DNA from: an uncultured bacterium
GTDB lineage: Bacteria; UBP14; UBA6098; B30-G16
Reading direction: 5' to 3'
NCBI GenBank assembly: GCA_965552135.1
Contig: CBEVQY010000017.1
Coordinates: forward strand, 1 to 55,373
Length of the DNA stretch: 55,373 nucleotides
A program made the position numbers and the translations under genes. This document shows, in pieces, positions 1 to 8,209 of this stretch. Position 1 is the first letter of the stretch. Every line of letters begins with the position of its first letter. The notes under the pieces were generated by a model. The model saw only the letters and a list, made by a program, of their open reading frames with translations, did no database searches and was not told the DNA's origin.

Positions 1-910
1 AGATGTCGACCTTTGCTTTTAGTACGTTGTCTGTTAGTGAGTCGCCGCTACCGCCCAGAAGCGCGGCACGTCTTACGAAGCGTTCGGGGTTACCGACGTA
101 GCGCACCGCGGCGGTGGGGAGCTTCGACCTGCACAGCTCGACCACGTCGCCGAGGCGCAAAAGCTTCGGAAACGAACCGACGACGCCGAATCCGCCCAGC
201 GAGAAGTCGTTTTCGAGCGGGTAGATGTCGAACGCGGGCTCTTCGTATGGGTGATGCTCGTAGATCGCGTTTATGGCGCTTTGGAGCAGGTGCTGCGGGA
301 CGACGGTCTCGAGCCGAACCTCTCCCACCTTCTCAAGCTCGCCCAGGCGACCTATAAACGGGTTTGCACCCTCAAGCGGTAGGAACGTGCCCTCACCGGG
401 CGCGCAGAAGCTGCAGTGGCTGTAGTTGCCTATGTGCCCGGCGCCCGTATCGAGTAGGGCGAGCCTCAGGCTTTCGAGCTTTTCGCGCGGGACGAAGACG
501 ACAAGCTTGAAGAAGCGCTCGCTGCTTTTGGTGCTCAGGCGGGACTCTATCTCCACGCCCAGAATTTCCGCCAGGGCGACCGAGACGCCGTCGGGGGCGA
601 AGTCGAGGTTTGTGTGGATGGCATAAAGCGCGATGTCGTTTCGGATGGCGAAGATAAGCTTCCGCCCAACAGGATGAGCGCTTGATATCCCGTCAATGGT
701 TTTCGTTGTGAGTGGGTGATGGGTTATGACCACGTCGAAGCCGCCGTCGCGAGCCTCCTCGAGGACCTTCATCGACGGGTCGACCGCCAAAAGCACGCGA
801 TCAACGCTCCTTTCGAGATCGCCGCAGAAAAGACCGACTCTGTCGGAGGGCATCGCCCACTGAGGCGGGTAACAACGCTCAAGCTCCTCTATAAGCTCCC
901 CAAGCTTCAT
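1..910 (-). CDS. Nif3-like dinuclear metal-centre protein (YqfO/YbgI family); truncated by the left window edge
   Basis: Absent from the ORF track because there is no stop in the window. Manual translation from ATG at 910 gives MKLGELIEELERCYPPQWAMPSDRVGL...VLLAVD...DVVITHHP..., later IALYAIHTNLDFA, which are typical NIF3 motifs. Confidence 0.9.
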   Translation of the reverse strand, partial: MKLGELIEELERCYPPQWAMPSDRVGLFCGDLERSVDRVLLAVDPSMKVLEEARDGGFDVVITHHPLTTKTIDGISSAHPVGRKLIFAIRNDIALYAIHTNLDFAPDGVSVALAEILGVEIESRLSTKSSERFFKLVVFVPREKLESLRLALLDTGAGHIGNYSHCSFCAPGEGTFLPLEGANPFIGRLGELEKVGEVRLETVVPQHLLQSAINAIYEHHPYEEPAFDIYPLENDFSLGGFGVVGSFPKLLRLGDVVELCRSKLPTAAVRYVGNPERFVRRAALLGGSGDSLTDNVLKAKVDI

Positions 911-955
911 TGCCCACAAAAAAATTCGCACCGCCTGCGCGGTGCGAATCTTAAA

Positions 956-1028
956 TGGGCGATAGTGGACTCGAACCACTGACCTCTTGCATGTGAGGCA
1001 AGCGCTCTACCATCTGAGCTAATCGCCC
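956..1028 (-). tRNA. tRNA-Val (anticodon CAC); 3' CCA not encoded
   Basis: Reverse complement GGGCGATTAGCTCAGATGGTAGAGCG-CTTGC CT CAC AT GCAAG-AGGTCAGTGGTTCGAGTCCACTATCGCCCA folds as a cloverleaf. Confidence 0.95.
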
Positions 1029-1043
1029 ATCTTTTCAAATCTG

Positions 1044-1116
1044 TGGACCCACCAGGACTCGAACCTGGAACCAAGGGATTATGAGTCCCCTGCTCTGCCA
1101 ATTGAGCTATGGGTCC
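1044..1116 (-). tRNA. tRNA with CAT anticodon, most likely tRNA-Ile2 (lysidine type); 3' CCA not encoded
   Basis: Reverse complement GGACCCATAGCTCAATTGGCAGAGCAGGGGACTCATAATCCCTTGGTTCCAGGTTCGAGTCCTGGTGGGTCCA. The GACTCATAATC arm is typical of Ile2. The paired G1-C72 excludes initiator tRNA. Confidence 0.88.
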
Positions 1117-1123
1117 AAATAAA

Positions 1124-1153
1124 CTAAATAGAGCCCGACAAGGGGTTTGTCAA
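1124..1153 (-). promoter_or_regulatory. Putative sigma70-type promoter for the tRNA pair
   Basis: TTGACA (1153-1148), 17-nt spacer, TATTTA (1130-1125), directly upstream of the tRNA. Confidence 0.55.
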
Positions 1154-1252
1154 GAGTTTTTGTGGGGGTGTTTTGGGGCAGGATTCGTCGAGAAAAAGCT
1201 ACCGAGGGTGGGGGGATCTGGTTAAGTTTTGTGGAATCTGCGGCTTTTTGGT

Positions 1253-1750
1253 ATGCGGCTTTGGCGGTTCACATTTTGCCTTTTGGTTTTGCTTTTTTGG
1301 GGTGGGTGTGTTCCTCGTCCGCGTTATTGTCCGCCGAGGCTGGCTGAGGCGCGTCCGTGCGGACTTGCGCTCCCCGATGACGAAAGCCTCCTGGGAACGA
1401 TAAACTATTACCTTGGCACGCCCTACAAATTCGGCGGTACGGATAGGGACGGCATGGACTGTTCTGGTTTTGTGCAGCGCGTTTTTCGCGAGGCTTTGGG
1501 GCTTGAGCTCCCCAGGACCGTTGCCGCTCAGTGGCGGTTTGGAAAGCCAGTCGCAAGGGATGAGCTTGCCTTCGGCGATATCGTCTTCTTCTGCACCAAG
1601 GGCGGCGGTGTTCCGACCCACAGCGGGATCTACATAGGCGCGGGCAGATTCGCACATGCGTCCTCGTCGCTTGGCGTTACGATAACGCCCCTTTCGAACC
1701 CTTACTGGAGCAAGCGCTACTGCGGCGCAAGGCGCGTGATAATGCGCTGA
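1253..1750 (+). CDS. NlpC/P60 family cell-wall peptidase, probable lipoprotein
   Basis: LGTPYKFGG...GMDCSGFV (catalytic Cys), GDIVFF, HSGIYIG...FAHAS. Lipobox-like LLFWGGC. The ATG at 1253 is preferred over the ORF-track start at 1229. Confidence 0.9.
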   Translation: MRLWRFTFCLLVLLFWGGCVPRPRYCPPRLAEARPCGLALPDDESLLGTINYYLGTPYKFGGTDRDGMDCSGFVQRVFREALGLELPRTVAAQWRFGKPVARDELAFGDIVFFCTKGGGVPTHSGIYIGAGRFAHASSSLGVTITPLSNPYWSKRYCGARRVIMR

Positions 1751-1815
1751 GACGAAAGCCCTTGCAGGCACGACTCTGCGGGGTTAAATTTGGTGCAAAA
1801 GCGGAGGCGCAAGCC

Positions 1816-3216
1816 TTGCGTCAGAGGACGATAGCCAAAAGCGTTGAGCTTTCGGGTGTCGGCTTGCACACGGGGAAGGAGTGCACGATAAGGTTTCTGC
1901 CCGCGCCCGCGGGGAGCTGGTACGCCTTCAGACGGTCGGATGTGGGTGGGGATGTGCTTGTCGAGGCGCTTGTGGAGAACGCCAAGGACGAGCTTGTTAG
2001 GGGCACCGTGCTCGCCAAGGACGGGGTGGAGGTCCACACCGTTGAGCACGTCCTCGCCGCCCTCTACGGGCTTCAGATAGACAACTGCATAGTGGAGCTT
2101 TCCGGTCCCGAGCCGCCCGTGATCGACGGCAGCGCAAAGCCCTACGTCGATGCCCTCATCTCCGCAGGCATCGTCGAGCAGGACGCAGAGCGCGAAGTGT
2201 TCGTCGTCGACAAGGTCATCCAGTTTTCCGACCCCCAGAGGAAGACGGACATACACGTCATCCCCTTCGACGGCTTCAGGATAACCCTCATGGTCGACTA
2301 CGCCAACCCCGCGCTGGGAACTCAGTACACGACGCTCGAGTCGCTTGAGGGCGAGTTTGTGGATGAGTTTGCGTCGGCACGGACGTTTTGCTTCCTCTCG
2401 GAGATAGAGAAGCTGCACGGTCAGGGTCTCATCCGGGGCGGCAGCCTGGACAACGCCATAGTTATAGTCGACAAGGAGTTCACGGAGCACGACGAGCGGT
2501 TTTTGCGCGAGAACTTCGACATCCCTCCCCAGCGCCGGGTTTTCGTGGGCAAGACGGGGATACTAAACGACACGCCGCTGCGCTTCTACAACGAGCCCGT
2601 TAGGCACAAAGTCGTCGACCTTTTGGGGGATCTTGCGCTTTTGGGATGCTTCATAAAGGGTCACGTTATAGGCGCGAGGTCGGGTCACGCCGCCAACGTC
2701 GCCCTGGTGAGGACTTTGCGCAAACACCTCGAGAAGAAAAGGCTTTCGGCTCAGTTCGGCGCAAAGGGCGAGCAGCTCGATATCCTCGCCATCCAGAGGA
2801 TTTTGCCCCACCGCTATCCGTTTCTGCTCGTCGACAGGGTCGTCGACTTCGAGGAGGGGAAGTACGCCGTTGCTGTCAAGAACGTGACGATAAACGAGCC
2901 GTTCTTCCAGGGGCATTTTCCGGGGCATCCTGTGATGCCTGGGGTTTTGCTCATCGAGGCTTTGGCGCAGACGGGCGGTTTTTTGCTTATGAGGACCGTG
3001 GCCGACCCGGACGACGTCGTCACGTACTTTGCCGGCGTCGATAAGGTCAGGTTTCGCAAGCCCGTCTTCCCCGGCGATAGGGTCACGCTCAGGGTGGAGA
3101 TGATATCCTTCAAGCGGCGCGTCTGCAAGTTCAGGGGCGTTGCCACCGTTGACGGCGACGTCGTGTGTGAGGGAGAGTTTATGGCGACCGTCGTGCCTAA
3201 AAACCCCCAAAGCTGA
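1816..3216 (+). CDS. lpxC-fabZ: Bifunctional UDP-3-O-acyl-GlcNAc deacetylase / 3-hydroxyacyl-ACP dehydratase
   Basis: LpxC motifs QRTI...GVGLHTG, TVEHVLAAL, DGSA and RHKVVDLLGDL. FabZ motifs LPHRYPFLLVD and FFQGHFPGHPVMPGVLLIEALAQ. Start taken as TTG at 1816, after GGAGG. Confidence 0.95.
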   Translation: MRQRTIAKSVELSGVGLHTGKECTIRFLPAPAGSWYAFRRSDVGGDVLVEALVENAKDELVRGTVLAKDGVEVHTVEHVLAALYGLQIDNCIVELSGPEPPVIDGSAKPYVDALISAGIVEQDAEREVFVVDKVIQFSDPQRKTDIHVIPFDGFRITLMVDYANPALGTQYTTLESLEGEFVDEFASARTFCFLSEIEKLHGQGLIRGGSLDNAIVIVDKEFTEHDERFLRENFDIPPQRRVFVGKTGILNDTPLRFYNEPVRHKVVDLLGDLALLGCFIKGHVIGARSGHAANVALVRTLRKHLEKKRLSAQFGAKGEQLDILAIQRILPHRYPFLLVDRVVDFEEGKYAVAVKNVTINEPFFQGHFPGHPVMPGVLLIEALAQTGGFLLMRTVADPDDVVTYFAGVDKVRFRKPVFPGDRVTLRVEMISFKRRVCKFRGVATVDGDVVCEGEFMATVVPKNPQS

Positions 3217-3218
3217 CC

Positions 3219-5690
3219 ATGCCTCGAAACCGAAGGGTAAACGTTTGGATTTGGGAGCATTCGCCGCAGTTGGCTGCCGAGATATCCCGCTTCGTCGCCG
3301 AGGCGGGGTTCGGGATATCCGAGGCGGGTGAGGCGTCGATAGTTGTCGTTGGTCCTTCGGTTTCGGCTTCGGAGCTTGCAGGGAAGGTCGACGAGCTTGG
3401 CGGGCGCGAGGTCGTCTTCGTCGTGCCCGACGGTGAGGTTTGCGCAAAGCTTGCCGCCCTTGACCTCGTTGTGCCGCAAAGCCGCCTGCCGCAGATCAAA
3501 AGCGCACTTGCTGTCGCGGCGGAAAGGCTTTTGCAGAGGGGGCGTGTGGCTGTAGCCAGGAATCTTGTGCGCGTTCGCAGGGCGTTGGGCATCCCCGAGG
3601 CTTCGTCGCTTGCGCTTGCGCGAATCCTGCGGGCGCTTACGGAGAGCCTTCCTTTGGGCGTTGTGGTCCTCAGCAGGTCGCGGGGCGTTGTGGGCGCAAA
3701 CAGACTGGCGAGGGACATCCTGCGAGCACAGGACATCGTCGGGATCGACTGCGAAACCTTCCAGGAGCGCTTCGGTCTTTGCCCCGGCGGGGTTGGTCTT
3801 TTGAACACCATCGACTCGAGCCACCCGATAATCTTCACCCACCGCTTCCCCGACGGGCGCGTCGTGGAGGTCTATATAGCCGCGGTTCCCGGATCAGATG
3901 AGTTCGTTTTCACGATAAGCGACATAACCGAGCACAGCTGGGAGCGCGAGTGGCTCGAGGGTCTTTTGGGCGCCATAGCCGACGGCGTTGTCGTCATCGA
4001 CCGCGAGCGCAGGATCCTCTGGATGAACGACGTCGTTCGGCGCTGGTTTGGCTCGGAGGCTGTGCAGGTTCCGTCCCACTGCTTTTCCCTCTGGCGGAAC
4101 GCCGACCAGATCTGCCCCGACTGCCCCCTCGACGCCCTCTTCGAAAGCGGCGACGTCTGCCGCTACACCGAGCGGCTTATAACCGGCGACGGCAGTGAGC
4201 GCGTGTTCGAGGTTATAGCGGCGCCGATCCGCGCAGCAGATGGAAAGATATATCAGGTCGTTCAGCTCGCCAGGGACGTCACCGAGCGCGAGAAGATGAT
4301 CCGCGAGCTTGTCGCCGCGCGAAGGAGCCTCGAGGAGCTCAACCGCAAGCTCGAGCAGCAGTATATGATGCTTCGAACGATAGCCGAGGTCTCCGACACT
4401 CTGCAGCAGGAAAACTCCCTCGAGCGCGTTTTGCACATAGCGCTTACGGCTGTGACGGCGAAGGAGGGTTTGGGCTTCAACAGGGCGTTTTTGCTTTTGG
4501 TCGACAGTGAGCGCAAAGCCCTCGTCGGCAAGATGGCTGTAGGTCCCTCCACGCCGGAGGAGGCGGGCAGGATATGGTCGCAGCTTGACGACACGCCGAG
4601 AACGCTTTCCGAAACCCTTCGCGCCTACATAGCCGCAACGGAGGAGCACGACGCCGAGGTGAACGCCATAGTGAAAAGCATCGTCATCCCGCTCGAGAGC
4701 GACGATGTCGTCGTCGAGGTTCTCAAAAGCGGTGAGCCCGCTTTGGTGGTTCCCGAGGACCCGAACCTTTGGGAGAGAGCTTCCAGCCTCAGGGAGAAGT
4801 TGCGCTCACCGTTTTTTGTGATCGTTCCCCTCTGGTCGATGACGAAGCCCGTGGGCGTGCTTATCGCCGACAACATGATAACCCAAAAGCCCATAACCCC
4901 GCGCGAGGTGGAGCTTTTGAGGTCCCTTTCGAGCCACTTCAGCCTCGCCATCGAGAGGACGGCGCTAACCGAGGAGCTCAGGCGAAGCTACGAGCAGCTC
5001 AGGGCAAACCAGCAAAGACTTCTGGAGGCGGAAAAGCTTTCGGCAATAGGCTCGATGGCTGCACAAATAGCCCACGAGATCAGAAACCCGCTTGTGTCGA
5101 TAGGCGGTTTTGCCCGAAGCCTTCTTGCCGAAAAGGAGCCATCCGACCCGGACTACGAGGCGCTCAACATAATCCTTGAGGAGGTCAAAAGGCTTGAGGG
5201 TGTCGTCGTCGATGTATTGAACTACGCGCGTGTGGGCAAGGTGGAGAAAAAGCCGGGCGATATAAACCAAACGGTCTACGACGTCCTCCTGCTTTTTGAG
5301 CCGGAGTTTGAGAAGAGAAACATCGATGTTGAGGTCGAGACTTCCGACGAGATCCCGCCCTTCGGCTTCGACCACGACCGGATAAAACAGGTTCTCATAA
5401 ATCTGATCCGCAACTCCCTGAACGTTCTTGACGATGGCGGCAAGATAAGGATAAGGACGCACCTTGAGGGCAAGTACTGCTGGATAGCCGTAAGCGACAA
5501 CGGTCCTGGTATCCCGAGCGAGCTTGGCGACAAGATATTCAGACCGTTTTTCACGACGCGCACGACGGGCACAGGTCTTGGTCTTTCGATTTCGGCTCGC
5601 ATCGTTGCGGCGCACGGGGGAACGATATGGTACGAGAACAATCCCGCGGGCGGAGTCACCTTCTACATCAAGCTTCCTCTTGGGGACTAA
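3219..5690 (+). CDS. Cytoplasmic PAS/GAF sensor histidine kinase
   Basis: PAS-like segments, GAF (GLGFNRAFLLLVD...VGVLIADN), H-box AHEIRNPL, N-box QVLINLIRNS, G boxes DNGPGI and GTGLGL. No transmembrane segment is evident. Confidence 0.92.
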   Translation: MPRNRRVNVWIWEHSPQLAAEISRFVAEAGFGISEAGEASIVVVGPSVSASELAGKVDELGGREVVFVVPDGEVCAKLAALDLVVPQSRLPQIKSALAVAAERLLQRGRVAVARNLVRVRRALGIPEASSLALARILRALTESLPLGVVVLSRSRGVVGANRLARDILRAQDIVGIDCETFQERFGLCPGGVGLLNTIDSSHPIIFTHRFPDGRVVEVYIAAVPGSDEFVFTISDITEHSWEREWLEGLLGAIADGVVVIDRERRILWMNDVVRRWFGSEAVQVPSHCFSLWRNADQICPDCPLDALFESGDVCRYTERLITGDGSERVFEVIAAPIRAADGKIYQVVQLARDVTEREKMIRELVAARRSLEELNRKLEQQYMMLRTIAEVSDTLQQENSLERVLHIALTAVTAKEGLGFNRAFLLLVDSERKALVGKMAVGPSTPEEAGRIWSQLDDTPRTLSETLRAYIAATEEHDAEVNAIVKSIVIPLESDDVVVEVLKSGEPALVVPEDPNLWERASSLREKLRSPFFVIVPLWSMTKPVGVLIADNMITQKPITPREVELLRSLSSHFSLAIERTALTEELRRSYEQLRANQQRLLEAEKLSAIGSMAAQIAHEIRNPLVSIGGFARSLLAEKEPSDPDYEALNIILEEVKRLEGVVVDVLNYARVGKVEKKPGDINQTVYDVLLLFEPEFEKRNIDVEVETSDEIPPFGFDHDRIKQVLINLIRNSLNVLDDGGKIRIRTHLEGKYCWIAVSDNGPGIPSELGDKIFRPFFTTRTTGTGLGLSISARIVAAHGGTIWYENNPAGGVTFYIKLPLGD

Positions 5691-5702
5691 GCAGGAGGTT
5701 TT

Positions 5703-6479
5703 ATGCACGACGTCCAGATGGAAAAGCCCGCGCACCAGATACCCATAACGATGGTGGGGATAAAGGGTCTTCGCTATCCGATAAGGGTTTTGGACAGGGC
5801 GGGCGGCTTTCAGCACACGGTTGCCGAGGTGTCGATGTTCGTTGATCTCCCCGAGCACCTCCGCGGAACACACATGAGTCGCTTCGTCGAGATACTGAAC
5901 AAATACCACGGCGAGATAGCTTATCAACATCTGCGCCCCATTCTGCAGGAGATGAAGGACGTCTTCGGCGCCCAAAGCGCGCACCTTTCCATGAGGTTTC
6001 CCTACTTCGTTCGGCGCGAGGCGCCCGTGACGAGGTCCGGGATGCTTATGGAGTACACCGCCTTCTTCGAGGCGCGGCTTGCGCGGGAGTTCGAGTTTGA
6101 CCTTGGCGTGAGCGTTCCCGTTGCGACGGTGTGCCCCTGCTCGCGCGAGATCTCCGACCGTGGCGCACACAACCAGCGCGCCGTCGTGACGATAAAGGCG
6201 AGGATGAAAAAGTTCGTTTGGCTTGAGGAGCTTATCGAGCTTGCGGAGCGGAGCGGCAGCAGCCCCGTCTACGCCATCCTCAAGCGACCCGACGAGAAGT
6301 TCGTCACCGAGCACGGATACGACAACCCCCGCTTCGTCGAGGACGTTGTGCGCGAGGTGGCGCAGGCACTAATGAGCGACCCGAGGATAGCATCCTTCAC
6401 CGTCGAGGCAGAAAGCGCAGAGTCCATCCACAACCACAACGCCTACGCGATGATAAGGCACGTCGAGCAGTCGAGATGA
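5703..6479 (+). CDS. folE2: GTP cyclohydrolase FolE2
   Basis: DVQ...VGIKGLRYP, RGTHMSRF, VCPCSREIS..GAHNQR, LKRPDEK, NPRFVEDVVR, ESIHNHNAYA. GGAGG Shine-Dalgarno site upstream. Confidence 0.95.
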   Translation: MHDVQMEKPAHQIPITMVGIKGLRYPIRVLDRAGGFQHTVAEVSMFVDLPEHLRGTHMSRFVEILNKYHGEIAYQHLRPILQEMKDVFGAQSAHLSMRFPYFVRREAPVTRSGMLMEYTAFFEARLAREFEFDLGVSVPVATVCPCSREISDRGAHNQRAVVTIKARMKKFVWLEELIELAERSGSSPVYAILKRPDEKFVTEHGYDNPRFVEDVVREVAQALMSDPRIASFTVEAESAESIHNHNAYAMIRHVEQSR

Positions 6480-7780
6480 GTCTGTCGTACGCCGAGGCGA
6501 TAGGTTTTTTGGATTCGCTCTACGATCACGAGCGCACGGCGACGCGCAAGTCGCCGCCGCCGTTCCACCTTAACGCTATAAGAAAGCTTCTCTCCCGCCT
6601 CGGCGATCCCCACAGGGAGTATCGTGTTGTGCACATAGCTGGCACGAAGGGCAAGGGTTCCACGGCGGCTATGCTTACGTCCATACTTCGCGCCGCGGGG
6701 ATGCGCGTTGGGACGTATACGTCGCCACATCTTTTCTGCGTTCGCGAGAGGATCGCGCTTGACGGGAAGCCCATCTCGGAGGAGCGCTTTGCCCGGGCTG
6801 TGGGCGCCGTGATGCCCTTCGTCGGTCCGCGACCCAAGGAGTTCGCCACCTACTTCGAGGTTTTGACAGCCGCCGCGCTCAACTTCTTCGCCGACGTTGG
6901 GGTCGATGTTGCAGTGGTCGAGGCGGGTCTTGGCGGCAGATACGATGCGACAAGCGTCGTCGCACCGGACGTCGCCGTTTTGACCCGCATCGGGCTTGAC
7001 CACACCGAGCGCCTCGGGGAGAGCATAGGCGAGATCGCCTTCGACAAGGCTCACATAATAAAGCGCGGCTGCGTTGCCGTTTTGGGCGCGCAGGAGGAGG
7101 AGGCGGTTGCGCCGCTTTTGGAGCGCGTTGTGTGCGAGGGCGTCCGCGCGATGCGGTGGGGGTGTGAGTTCGAGGCGATCGTCGAGGGCGCAACGCTTAG
7201 CGAAACGCGCATATCGCTTAGAGTCGGCGGAGACGAGCTTTCCGCCACGCTGCCCCTTGTGGGCGGTTTTCAGGCGGAGAACGCTGCCTGCGCCGCCGCA
7301 GCCGCCAAAGCCCTGGGCGTGGAAAAAGACGCGATAGAGGCAGGGCTTGCGTCGGTGGAGCTGCGCGGGAGGATGGAGGTGGTTTCCCTGCGTCCGGTCA
7401 TCATCGTCGACGGTGCGCACAACCCGCCTGCGGCAAGGGCTGTGGCGAGGGAGCTTTTGCGCCTCGGGCTTGCCCCCGCGGCGTTCGTGGTGGCGATAAA
7501 CAGACCCAAGGACTTCAGGTCGATGCTTAAGGCTTGGGCGCCCGTGGCGAAGGCGTTCTTCTTCACGCAAATGGAGAGTCCGCGGGCTTATCCGCCCTCG
7601 ATGCTTGCCGCTGAGGCGAAGCGGCTCTGCGACGCCTTTGTCGCCGTCGTCGAGGATATAGGCGACGCCGTCGATGCGGCTTTGGGCTTCGTTGGACCTC
7701 AGGGCGCGGTCGTTGTTGCGGGATCTATCTACCTTGCCGGCCAGACCCTTGCCCGCCTTGGGAGCCGAAGCGAGACCTGA
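6476..7780 (+). CDS. folC: Folylpolyglutamate synthase / dihydrofolate synthase
   Basis: HIAGTKGKGST, YTSPHL..VRERI, EAGLGGRYDAT, IGLDHTERLG, DGAHNP, GSIYLAG. Confidence 0.95.
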   Translation: MSLSYAEAIGFLDSLYDHERTATRKSPPPFHLNAIRKLLSRLGDPHREYRVVHIAGTKGKGSTAAMLTSILRAAGMRVGTYTSPHLFCVRERIALDGKPISEERFARAVGAVMPFVGPRPKEFATYFEVLTAAALNFFADVGVDVAVVEAGLGGRYDATSVVAPDVAVLTRIGLDHTERLGESIGEIAFDKAHIIKRGCVAVLGAQEEEAVAPLLERVVCEGVRAMRWGCEFEAIVEGATLSETRISLRVGGDELSATLPLVGGFQAENAACAAAAAKALGVEKDAIEAGLASVELRGRMEVVSLRPVIIVDGAHNPPAARAVARELLRLGLAPAAFVVAINRPKDFRSMLKAWAPVAKAFFFTQMESPRAYPPSMLAAEAKRLCDAFVAVVEDIGDAVDAALGFVGPQGAVVVAGSIYLAGQTLARLGSRSET

Positions 7781-8207
7781 TGTCCTCCTCCGCGAGCTTT
7801 ATGTGGCTTCCGCGCCAGAAGATCTTTCCGCAGCGGCTGCAGCGCCAAAAGCGCCTGTGCGTGAGGAAGGTGTAGCGCGGCACAGCGCCTTCAACGCTTT
7901 CCCGGGGGACCTCGACGACCTCGCCGTTGCAAACGGGGCATCGTCGAAGCCGAAGCTCCATCCTAAGACCGAACTGGCTTGCGACCTCCCTGAGCTGATC
8001 CCACAGTGAGTTTGCCCTCACGAGGTATGCGGCTGCGCCGGCTTTTTTCGCGAGCGCGACGTCGCGTGTGAGGAGCTTGCGCCGCTCAACGAGCGCCATG
8101 AAGAGAAGCTCGTCGTCCGTCGCCCTGCGCGGATATTCGACGTCACAGCCCATAAGCCTCAGCCAGCGAGCCAGCCTGCCGAGCATCGTGTCCGCGATGA
8201 AGCGCAT
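7725..8207 (-). CDS. Mut7-C RNase (PIN-like) domain protein with Zn ribbon
   Basis: MRFIADTMLGRLARWLRLMGCD...LLTRD...RCPVCNG...CSRCGKIFWRGSH. The real start is most likely the ATG at 8207, not 8645. Confidence 0.9.
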   Translation of the reverse strand: MRFIADTMLGRLARWLRLMGCDVEYPRRATDDELLFMALVERRKLLTRDVALAKKAGAAAYLVRANSLWDQLREVASQFGLRMELRLRRCPVCNGEVVEVPRESVEGAVPRYTFLTHRRFWRCSRCGKIFWRGSHIKLAEEDIRSRFGSQGGQGSGRQGR

Positions 8208-8209
8208 CG

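Noticed and set aside
1816..3216. LpxC-FabZ fusion as a novelty
   Set aside because: It is well known in Bacteroidota and other FCB lineages and is useful only as a taxonomic marker.
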